Assembly (NCBI GenBank): GCA_965243395.1
Contig: CBDEUS010000002.1
Coordinates: 107,444 to 171,443, forward strand
Origin: Gammaproteobacteria bacterium
GTDB lineage: Bacteria; Pseudomonadota; Gammaproteobacteria; UBA4575
Length of the DNA stretch: 64,000 nucleotides
Direction of reading: 5' to 3'
Shown: piece after piece, positions 56,974 to 64,000 of the stretch
Layout of the letters: each line of letters opens with the position of its first letter
How positions within the stretch are numbered: position 1 is the stretch's first letter
The notes under the pieces: generated by a model
Databases searched by the model: none
What the model was told of the DNA's origin: nothing
What the model saw: only the letters and a program-made list of their open reading frames with translations
Position numbers and translations under genes: made by a program

Positions 56974-57696
56974 TTGCAAGTGGTATTTACTGAGGACATT
57001 ATTATGCCAACACATAACGTCGTGACACATAGAGAATGGGTAGCCGCTCGCAAACAACTGCTCGTAGAAGAAAAAGAATTTACTCGTCTTCGAGACCAGC
57101 TAAGCCAAAAACGTCGAGATTTACCTTGGGTAAAACTTGAAAAAGAATATGTATTTGATGGACCCAGTGGTCAGCATACTCTTTCAGATTTATTTGAGGG
57201 ACAAAGCCAGTTAATAGTGTATCACTTCATGTTAGGGCCTGATTGGGATGAAGGTTGTAAGAGCTGTTCGTTTTGGGCAGACAATTTTGAAGGTACAGAT
57301 ATTCATCTAAAGCATCGTGATATTACCTTTCTTGCCATATCAAGAGCTGAAATTGAAAAAATTGAAGCTTATAAAAAACGTATGGGCTGGACCTTTAAAT
57401 GGTTTTCTTCATTCAATACAGATTTCAATTATGACTTCCAAGCCTCGTTTACTTCGGATCAGAAAGAAAAGAATGAAGTGATCTATAACTACATTAAACA
57501 ACCCTATTTTATAGATGAGATGGCAGGGGTAAGTGTATTTATCAAAGATGAGAATAATAACATCTTTCACACCTACTCTACTTATGCTCGTGGTTTGGAT
57601 ATTTTAAATGGTGCCTACAACTATATTGATTTAACACCTATGGGACGTAATGAGGAAGACGGCATGTCATGGCTACGGCATCATGATCAATATTAG
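56974..57696 (+). CDS. DUF899 thioredoxin-like family protein
   Basis: 240 aa; CKSCSF motif; divergent from the HxlR regulator. Confidence 0.55.
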   Translation: MQVVFTEDIIMPTHNVVTHREWVAARKQLLVEEKEFTRLRDQLSQKRRDLPWVKLEKEYVFDGPSGQHTLSDLFEGQSQLIVYHFMLGPDWDEGCKSCSFWADNFEGTDIHLKHRDITFLAISRAEIEKIEAYKKRMGWTFKWFSSFNTDFNYDFQASFTSDQKEKNEVIYNYIKQPYFIDEMAGVSVFIKDENNNIFHTYSTYARGLDILNGAYNYIDLTPMGRNEEDGMSWLRHHDQY

Positions 57697-57723
57697 TTTC
57701 AAATATAAATCTATCAATACCAT

Positions 57724-58119
57724 ATGAAAGCTTTAACTAGTGGCAGGTGCATGTGCGGTGCAATACGTTATGAATTTAACGACAAACCTTTATATTCACT
57801 CATCTGCCAATGTACACAGTGTCAAAAAATTACTGGCGCTGGTAATGCGCCTTCCATAGCAATTGCAAATGAAACATTCAAGCTTGAAGGAAAACTAAGT
57901 TATTTTAAACAGTTAGCAGAAGATGGAAATACGGTCAGCAATGGGTTTTGTTCAAAATGTGGAAATCCCATTCTCAAAACAACCACCGCATTTCAAGACC
58001 GAGTTTACCTGCATGTAGGTAGTTTAGATGATCCAGGAAAGTTTGAACCAGAATTCGTTGTATTTAGTAGAAGTGGGTATTCATGGGACACCGTTGATCC
58101 TAAATTAAAGCGGCTCTAA
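57724..58119 (+). CDS. GFA-family (CENP-V / glutathione-dependent formaldehyde-activating-like) zinc protein
   Basis: CMCGAIRYEF, CQCTQCQKITG, CSKCGNP cysteine pattern. Confidence 0.65.
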   Translation: MKALTSGRCMCGAIRYEFNDKPLYSLICQCTQCQKITGAGNAPSIAIANETFKLEGKLSYFKQLAEDGNTVSNGFCSKCGNPILKTTTAFQDRVYLHVGSLDDPGKFEPEFVVFSRSGYSWDTVDPKLKRL

Positions 58120-58161
58120 TTAAAGCTAATTAATCTTAATCAATAGAAGAAAAGAATTACC

Positions 58162-58572
58162 ATGAAAAAATTTATTCTCGCTACACTTTCATTTTTCATT
58201 TTAACTATGCCCTGGGCATATTCGTGGCATGTGATTTGGTTTCATGAGCTTTATGGACAACTAGGAGCATTTACGCGCACATCGCCCATTATGCCTCTTG
58301 GTATTGCGGCGGTATTAATACAAGGTGCTGTTATATCTTATCTCTATCCATTTTATTACCGAGGTGGGCATCCAATATTTCAAGGAATTAAGTTCAGCTT
58401 AATTATCGGTTTAATGGTGTATACAGTGATGGGTTTTGCTAATGCTGCAAAGCTTGCGATTGAGCCTATTTCAACCTACTTGGCGTACCATACAATTTTT
58501 CAGCTCATTCAGTTCGTTGTTACCGGTGCAGCACTAGGATTAATTTATGGTAGAACACTGAACTCAGCATAA
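58162..58572 (+). CDS. hypothetical membrane protein
   Basis: 136 aa, 4 TMs. Confidence 0.45.
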   Translation: MKKFILATLSFFILTMPWAYSWHVIWFHELYGQLGAFTRTSPIMPLGIAAVLIQGAVISYLYPFYYRGGHPIFQGIKFSLIIGLMVYTVMGFANAAKLAIEPISTYLAYHTIFQLIQFVVTGAALGLIYGRTLNSA

Positions 58573-58579
58573 ATAATTT

Positions 58580-58607
58580 ATGTCAGATTTCGACCATTAG
58601 CGGTCAT
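58580..58607. repeat. intergenic imperfect-palindrome repeat, copy 4 (degenerate left arm)
   Basis: ATGTCAGAT-TTCGACCATT-AGCGGTCAT, between convergent genes. Confidence 0.5.
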
Positions 58608-58612
58608 TCCTT

Positions 58613-58975
58613 TTACAAATCAACCAAGACATTAAACCCACCCATAATCATTCTATTGATTTCAAATGGCATATTATTTTCATCACAGCTTTCTTTCATG
58701 CGTGGATCTTGAAATACCTTTTGATTGACTTCATCACGATGTTCTCTTGATTTATATACGACAAATGCAAATATTACGGTCTCACCATCGGATGAATTGG
58801 CCGCTTTGCGGAATGCGCCATTAGACATTTCTGAATCAATATCATCAGCGATGCATTCTTTATAAGCTAAAGCACCATGCTCCATCCAGACTGCACCCAT
58901 TTTCTTTGCCAAATCTTTATATGCATCAATATTAGATTCAGGTAGTGGGATTACATAACCATCGACATAACTCAT
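58613..58975 (-). CDS. DUF1428-like small protein
   Basis: 120 aa, MSYVDGYVIPLPESNIDAYKDLAKKMGAVWMEHGALAYKECIADD. Confidence 0.45.
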   Translation of the reverse strand: MSYVDGYVIPLPESNIDAYKDLAKKMGAVWMEHGALAYKECIADDIDSEMSNGAFRKAANSSDGETVIFAFVVYKSREHRDEVNQKVFQDPRMKESCDENNMPFEINRMIMGGFNVLVDL

Positions 58976-59012
58976 TTTTTAATTCCTAATATAATTACTT
59001 TTATAAGACTAA

Positions 59013-59040
59013 ATGTCCGCTTTGGGCCGTAAGTAGTCAT
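59013..59040. repeat. intergenic imperfect-palindrome repeat, copy 5 (degenerate right arm)
   Basis: ATGTCCGCT-TTGGGCCGTA-AGTAGTCAT. Confidence 0.5.
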
Positions 59041-59177
59041 CTTAAACCATGACCTGGTGAGATGTATTCCTTGTTTCAGATACTTGAAAGGCGATATGCG
59101 GACCACCAATCCCCTGTTCTTAATAAGTATAGCTAATTTTTATAATCACTTTTGTAGCAAAGGAAGAAAATAATATG

Positions 59178-59582
59178 TTAATCATGTTTGGGTAAGTCGT
59201 CTACAATATCAATTATGCGCCTACCATAGAAAAAATGACTATCAGAATGTAATTCTTCAGGTAGTTCATTGTTATTACATTTTCTGATTAAAAGCTGAGA
59301 GAAAACACGCCAGTCCATCGCATTTGTGTTGAAAAGTGTTTCGCCACAACTCGAACAAAATACTCGTTTCATCTCTAAGGTTGGATGTTGATGACTTGAT
59401 AATTTCTCCTCTCCCTGCACGATATTAACTTGATCTTTATTCCAAGCAGTTACGGAGTGAAAAGGAATGCATAGTAAGTCACGACAATCCTCACAATGGC
59501 AAAACCCTTTTACTCTTGGCTTACCAGATAGGGATATTTTAACTTCACCACATTCACATTTTATTTGATATTGTTTATCCAT
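59178..59582 (-). CDS. GFA-family zinc protein (second copy)
   Basis: CECGEVKI, CHCEDCRD, CSSCGETLF cysteine pattern. Confidence 0.6.
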   Translation of the reverse strand: MDKQYQIKCECGEVKISLSGKPRVKGFCHCEDCRDLLCIPFHSVTAWNKDQVNIVQGEEKLSSHQHPTLEMKRVFCSSCGETLFNTNAMDWRVFSQLLIRKCNNNELPEELHSDSHFFYGRRIIDIVDDLPKHD

Positions 59583-59611
59583 TATTAAAATCTCAATTAC
59601 TTTATACTGTA

Positions 59612-60196
59612 TTAAAATATTTTATTTAGATGTCCTGAAAATCGTTTAAGGTCGCTATCAATCTGCGGGTTTTTCATTACATCGAAACATGCAAATGTTT
59701 CTAGCGCTGTCATGCCAAAAAAACGAAAGTTCATGTGCATCGGGAAAAACAAATCATCTACTTTTTTTCCTTGAAATAGATATTCACTCTGATTTTCAAA
59801 TGATTCTTCAGGTGCATTGAAAGTTAATGAAAGCATATACTTAGTATTAGTTAGTGTGCCACCTCCCCCATAGTTTAATTTTGGGTTCTCGGTTGTTCTG
59901 CCATCTCCATTGCATAAGTCACCACCCATACCGGCTGAATATACTTCATCCATATACTTCTTAAAACTCCATGGTACTCCCATCCAATTAACGGGACTTT
60001 GCAAAATGATGTAGTTCGCCCATTTATGTTTTTCTAATTCATCCTTTACATCATATTCCTCTGCACTAACCGTCCTTTGTACTTGGTAACCTTTTTCTTT
60101 TAAATAAGAGATAGCGCTATCCGTTAACGTTTGATTAAGTTTGCCTTCTGAAAATGGATATGGCTGATGCGCTTTAATATGTAGAATATTTTTCAT
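59612..60196 (-). CDS. flavodoxin-like-fold NAD(P)H dehydrogenase (quinone) family protein
   Basis: 194 aa; N-terminus [12 protein letters not shown]... and [15 protein letters not shown] match the Flavodoxin_2/KefF-like family. Confidence 0.6.
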   Translation of the reverse strand: MKNILHIKAHQPYPFSEGKLNQTLTDSAISYLKEKGYQVQRTVSAEEYDVKDELEKHKWANYIILQSPVNWMGVPWSFKKYMDEVYSAGMGGDLCNGDGRTTENPKLNYGGGGTLTNTKYMLSLTFNAPEESFENQSEYLFQGKKVDDLFFPMHMNFRFFGMTALETFACFDVMKNPQIDSDLKRFSGHLNKIF

Positions 60197-60281
60197 ATAA
60201 GCTAGTCTCTAATAATTTTACGGTTAACTGCGAGTTGAAACATTCATTTGATATTCCAACTCGCATCTGGATTAAATGCCA

Positions 60282-61115
60282 TTACGCTACTTTTGCTTTA
60301 TTTAAGTCTGGCCCAACTTGTAGATCCCAAAGACTGTCTTGGTACTTTTTACAATCTTCAATAAAACGCTCAGGATAAACATTGCGAAAGTTATGATTGT
60401 CCTTTGGTATAACATCAACCATAAACTCAATCATACTTTGTGGATCAAGTTGTAACTCATCACCAGAAAACAAACCTTGAATTTCACGAATGGGTGCTTC
60501 GGCACTAAAATTATTGCTAGGCTCATACCACTGATCTAAGGTGTCATACATACGATCATTAAACCCTGTACGGAAAGGCCCTGGGTTAATCGTTGCGATA
60601 GTGACGCCTGTATCTTGCATTTCTTCACGCATCAATTGAACAATTGCTTCAAGTGCATGTTTTGAAGCAACATAAGGCGCAAGATATGGAAAGGTTGAAA
60701 ATCCGACGATAGAAGAAGTAAATATAATTTTGCCTTTCCCTTTTTCAACAAAAGCTTTTGCAAATGCTTGAGCTAATTCAAGTGTATTAAATACATTGAC
60801 TTCAAAAACTTGTCGAATCCGATCTACAGGGATTTCTGCCACAGGTCCTGTTTGTCCAGTCGCTGCATTTGGTACAAATATATCTACTTTATCTGAATAT
60901 TTTCGGATAATGGTTTCATGGTCATCCTTGTTTAAGTAATCTAACTTAGTCACTTCTAACTCAACACCCTCTGTATTAGCTGCTTCCATTAATGCCGAAA
61001 CCTGTGGCCAATTTTCACAAGTGGCAATTACATTGTGACCATTTTTCGCAAGCCCAATTGCCGTACCTTTACCAAGTCCTGAGCCTGCACCTGTAATTAA
61101 AATTGTTTTACTCAT
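60282..61115 (-). CDS. SDR-family oxidoreductase
   Basis: TGAGSGLG cofactor motif, catalytic YVASK; 277 aa. Confidence 0.75.
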   Translation of the reverse strand: MSKTILITGAGSGLGKGTAIGLAKNGHNVIATCENWPQVSALMEAANTEGVELEVTKLDYLNKDDHETIIRKYSDKVDIFVPNAATGQTGPVAEIPVDRIRQVFEVNVFNTLELAQAFAKAFVEKGKGKIIFTSSIVGFSTFPYLAPYVASKHALEAIVQLMREEMQDTGVTIATINPGPFRTGFNDRMYDTLDQWYEPSNNFSAEAPIREIQGLFSGDELQLDPQSMIEFMVDVIPKDNHNFRNVYPERFIEDCKKYQDSLWDLQVGPDLNKAKVA

Positions 61116-61144
61116 TTTTCATACCTCATATATTAAAATGTGAA

Positions 61145-61465
61145 TTAAATGATTTGATGTCCTTTATGAATGACTGGATTTCTCTCCAGTACATTAGTTA
61201 ATTTCTCAATGGCTGAATTCAGATGAGGTGTTTCCCAATGAGCACTCTCATCATCTACAGTCCTCCATTTTTCATACGATAAAATAGTGTTAGCTTTCTC
61301 TTTATCGTGGATAAAGAAATATTCGATTGCCCCAGCTTCCTTTCGAGTATTTGTTGCTAGGTCATTTAGAATCGCTTTCAACTCATCATATTTGCCATCT
61401 TTGGCAGTGAGTTCTGCAATGGTGTACATGTATTCACTCATAGTATTTTCTCCTTTCAATCTCAT
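61145..61465 (-). CDS. ABM (antibiotic-biosynthesis-monooxygenase-like) domain protein
   Basis: 106 aa, ferredoxin-like fold pattern. Confidence 0.5.
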   Translation of the reverse strand: MRLKGENTMSEYMYTIAELTAKDGKYDELKAILNDLATNTRKEAGAIEYFFIHDKEKANTILSYEKWRTVDDESAHWETPHLNSAIEKLTNVLERNPVIHKGHQII

Positions 61466-61545
61466 GAATTTTTCAATGTTGAAAAATATATCGATTCAGG
61501 TTACTATAATCAACCAGTATACTTTTAGTAACCTAATAAGTTTTC

Positions 61546-61902
61546 ATGGAAAGTAGAGTAAAAACAGATAGTAAAGGCCGTAAAAGTGTCATTGAGCCAT
61601 GTTTAGAACCATGTCCAATTGAACGTGGTATGCGAATACTTGGAGGCAAATGGAAAGGATCTATTTTGTGGCATTTGAAAGATGAGCCAGTTCGATTTAA
61701 TGACCTAACACGAATGTTGGGTGGTGCTAGTAAGAAGATGGTTGATCAGCGGTTGAAAGAAATGGAAAAGGAAGGATTAATTGTTCGTAAAGTTCTAAGT
61801 GAACGCCCGATTGCTGTTACCTACCAAGCGACAGAATTTGGCAAAAGTGCTTTAAGCATTCTTGATGGCTTAAAAACTTGGACTGAAGCAAATAATCTCT
61901 AA
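61546..61902 (+). CDS. HxlR-family winged-helix transcriptional regulator
   Basis: CPIERGMRILGGKWKGSILWHLKDEPVRFNDLTRML; divergent from the ABM/SDR genes. Confidence 0.7.
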   Translation: MESRVKTDSKGRKSVIEPCLEPCPIERGMRILGGKWKGSILWHLKDEPVRFNDLTRMLGGASKKMVDQRLKEMEKEGLIVRKVLSERPIAVTYQATEFGKSALSILDGLKTWTEANNL

Positions 61903-61923
61903 AAGACCAAACTTTTCTAGTAA

Positions 61924-61950
61924 ATGTCCGCTTTAGATCGTTAGCGGTCA
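61924..61950. repeat. intergenic imperfect-palindrome repeat, copy 6
   Basis: ATGTCCGCT-TTAGATCGTT-AGCGGTCA, between the HxlR gene and terS. Confidence 0.5.
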
Positions 61951-62153
61951 ATTTAAACTATGCTCTGCAGAGATGTATTCATCCAATCAGCTAAATTTAA
62001 TTAAAGTAAAACAGTGTATTACGCACTGCATGACACCGAATAGACTTCTATCCACCATACTTCCACCAACTCTCAGCTTTTTTAGCATCAATAATTCTCT
62101 TATCTATGAGCTCATGATGCCTAAAACCTGTCATTTCCTGTATTTTAGTCTTT

Positions 62154-62609
62154 ATGAAAATCTGTTCCAAAAACTTAAAACGAGATCTGTTTGTCCGTCA
62201 TTATCTAAACCATCTCAACATTAATGAGGCATATAAACGAGCGGGGTTTTCGCCAGATGATGCCAATGCAAATCGATATTTCCATCGCAAAGATGTCCAA
62301 TTAGCATTGGAAGCACATGCTGCTAAGACATTACAGAAACTTGATATCAGTATTGACAAAACGATCAAGCATCTTGCTGCTATAGCTTATGGAAACGCTC
62401 TAGACGTAATGGAATATGAGACTGGGAAATGGAAGTTTAAAGAACTTCATGAACTCCCGCCTTGGGTCGCAGTATCGTTAAGAAAGTTTGATAAACAAGA
62501 TAATAGAATATCTTATTCTTTTGAACCAAAAATTCCAGCTCTTAAACTTTTACTTAAGTACCTTGAACTAAGAAAATTACTAAACAGACAGTCACAAGTC
62601 GGAAATTGA
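62154..62609 (+). CDS. terS: phage terminase small subunit (Terminase_2 / P27-like), orphan
   Basis: N-terminus KRDLFVRHYLNHLNINEAYKRAGFSPDDA matches the FV-EYL-NATEAA-RAGYS signature; no large-subunit or structural genes nearby. Confidence 0.65.
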   Translation: MKICSKNLKRDLFVRHYLNHLNINEAYKRAGFSPDDANANRYFHRKDVQLALEAHAAKTLQKLDISIDKTIKHLAAIAYGNALDVMEYETGKWKFKELHELPPWVAVSLRKFDKQDNRISYSFEPKIPALKLLLKYLELRKLLNRQSQVGN

Positions 62610-62645
62610 AATTTAGCTATGTTCTTATTAAACAACCAAATCTTT

Positions 62646-63263
62646 CTAGTTTGAAATTTCATTTATCGCATCTGCAATTTCTTGACTTAACTCTGCAAGG
62701 GCTTCACTTTCAGCAACAACTATTGCGTCATAATTATCCGCAGCTGGTATTTTTGAAATCTTTGACCTCTTTCTCATTATTTCCTTTCTTCCACGATCAG
62801 TTAATAGTGACCAACGAGCCTCAATTGTTGCCTCTTCACCAATTACGCTATCAAATCTGGTGACATCAATTGCGACTTGATAATCAATAGGTACAAATCG
62901 ATTCCATGGGTATGTATTTATTTTTTCTGTACCTAGTAAAGTTGCGAAATTGTCGCTAAGCACTCTAGATACATTGTTATTCAATGACTCTGCCCAACGA
63001 TGGAACTCATCAATGACGAGTTCATTCCCACCGTTTTTTGTGACAATCTGGGGTCGATTAACATAGTCAGGTAATTTAATTGGACCGATACCAATCGAAA
63101 GTGTATCCCCGCTAAGACTATTTGGAATGTTATCAACCTCTGCAAGTGAAGTAAGTACATAAAATTTTGTTGGCTTACTTGAGCATCCACTAACACTTAA
63201 CGCAATTAAAGTTAGTGTGACACATGCAATCTTTGTTAATTTAAAAATATTTTTAGTATTCAC
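62646..63263 (-). CDS. pqiC: PqiC/YmbA-like ABC-transport auxiliary lipoprotein
   Basis: lipobox LSVSGC; ~205 aa; immediately downstream of an MCE-domain gene. Confidence 0.6.
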   Translation of the reverse strand: MNTKNIFKLTKIACVTLTLIALSVSGCSSKPTKFYVLTSLAEVDNIPNSLSGDTLSIGIGPIKLPDYVNRPQIVTKNGGNELVIDEFHRWAESLNNNVSRVLSDNFATLLGTEKINTYPWNRFVPIDYQVAIDVTRFDSVIGEEATIEARWSLLTDRGRKEIMRKRSKISKIPAADNYDAIVVAESEALAELSQEIADAINEISN

Positions 63264-63274
63264 ATTGTCCTCTC

Positions 63275-64000
63275 TTATTTTTTACCAGCTATAAGTGCTT
63301 CTGGATGTCGTTCTAAATAGTTTGTTAATACACGGATTGACTGAGCCATCTCTTTAAATTCAACCATCATGTTGGCTAAGTCATATTGAAGAGCTGAATC
63401 AGGTGCGACTATTCCATCTACCGATTCAAGTGTTTGTGTAGCTTGCACTAATGTTTCGTTGGTAGAGTGAATAATATTTTTCATATCCGGGTCATTAATC
63501 AAATGATTCATGCCTTGGGTTGTTTCAAGTAAATTTTGCCCAATTTCATCAAGTGGTAGATTTTGGAAGTTTCTAGCCACTTTCGTAATCATTTCTTCAA
63601 TTTCTGCTATTGTAGTTGGTATTGTTGGTAACTCTGGATGGGCATGTTCGATTCTTGCCAGCTTCATCTCTGCATTTGGGTGAAACTCCAAATCAACAAA
63701 CAATTGACCTGTTAGCATACTGCCTGTTTGCAATTGTGCCTTCAGACCGCGCTCAACAAGAGCACCAATAACATCTTCATCACTTCTTTCTACAAGTTGT
63801 TTGCCGTTGATGTATGGGATTCGCTCTGGTTCTAACTCTACTGTTACAGGAATGTATATTTCTAGTGATTCCGGATCCTCCATGATATGAATATCTGTTA
63901 CCTCACCTAACTTAATACCACGAAATTCAACTGGAGCACCAACACTCAAACCACGAACTGAGCCACTAAAAAACATTACATAAGGAATTTTTTCATCGTA
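63275..64000 (-). CDS. pqiB: PqiB-like MCE-domain protein, C-terminal part (gene continues right of window)
   Basis: MCE-domain sequence GSVRGLSVGAPVEFRGIKLGEVTDI; frame stays open upstream of the listed Met to position 64000. Confidence 0.6.
   Translation of the reverse strand, partial: YDEKIPYVMFFSGSVRGLSVGAPVEFRGIKLGEVTDIHIMEDPESLEIYIPVTVELEPERIPYINGKQLVERSDEDVIGALVERGLKAQLQTGSMLTGQLFVDLEFHPNAEMKLARIEHAHPELPTIPTTIAEIEEMITKVARNFQNLPLDEIGQNLLETTQGMNHLINDPDMKNIIHSTNETLVQATQTLESVDGIVAPDSALQYDLANMMVEFKEMAQSIRVLTNYLERHPEALIAGKK

Larger units (their letters stand above)
47417..62640. mobile_element. candidate ~15-kb PICI/satellite-like integrative island (int, alpA-like, replication HTH, XRE/ImmA, terS) with cassette-like cargo
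   Basis: P4-type integrase abutting the Phe att fragment, excisionase-like HTH, phage replication HTH, ImmA/XRE pair, lone terminase small subunit at far end abutting core pqiC; no structural phage genes. Confidence 0.45.

Noticed and set aside
54973-61950. CRISPR array interpretation of the repeated palindromes
   Set aside because: Copies are irregularly spaced (25 bp to 3 kb), separated by full-length genes, present in both orientations, and are imperfect palindromes rather than identical direct repeats; no cas genes.
54973-61950. Classical integron attC sites / gene-cassette array
   Set aside because: Repeats are only ~28 bp (attC sites are typically 57-141 bp with R and L boxes), genes are in mixed orientation, and no IntI-type integrase is present. 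Kept as a repeat-family finding without calling it an integron.
62610-62660. Expected intact tRNA or att repeat at the right island boundary next to pqiC
   Set aside because: No tRNA-like fold and no match to the Phe repeat between terS and pqiC; the right boundary is inferred only from the switch to core genes.

Overview
64-kb window from a low-GC, Gram-negative (probably gammaproteobacterial) chromosome. Left end (1-13.98 kb) is core genome on the minus strand: the 5' part of ureD, a complete urea ABC transporter operon urtABCDE with an upstream sigma-54 promoter and NtrC-type palindrome, a MATE exporter, a DMT/EamA permease, an orphan sensor histidine kinase and a divergent periplasmic solute-binding protein. 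From 14.0 to 47.5 kb lies a ~33.4-kb segment bracketed by two imperfect ~45-nt direct repeats (14005-14049 and 47417-47461). Each repeat is the 3' half of a tRNA-Phe(GAA) gene, from anticodon loop to CCA. This segment carries an NhaD-like transporter, PPK2, an RHH-PspA-NfeD-flotillin operon, tandem His-box desaturase-like genes with a CxxCH membrane protein and AraC regulator, an RNA-repair module (RtcB plus a Pol-beta-type nucleotidyltransferase), an SPFH protein, an HNH endonuclease, and a minus-strand tRNA array (32.9-37.0 kb). The array holds 28 tRNA genes plus one fragment and covers anticodons for all 20 amino acids. It includes four class-I-length tRNAs with Leu anticodons, one 96-nt tRNA-like gene with no recognisable anticodon arm, and two long non-coding spacers. 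Further right in the same segment is a lipid-modification operon: fatty-acid hydroxylases, an HTTM-DCC fusion, a hydroxylase-GH3 fusion and an enolase-superfamily enzyme. Directly right of the second Phe fragment is a P4-type tyrosine integrase, then AlpA/excisionase-like and phage-replication HTH genes, a radical-SAM plus membrane-protein pair, XRE/ImmA regulators, two more tRNA remnants and a lone phage terminase small subunit. This is a PICI/satellite-like island (47.4-62.6 kb). It carries a cargo of small stress/detox genes interspersed with a 6-copy family of ~28-bp imperfect palindromic repeats. Core genome resumes at 62.6 kb with pqiC and a partial pqiB. Gene calls rest on reading the supplied translations and the DNA by eye. 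Family assignments come from recalled motifs, not database searches.
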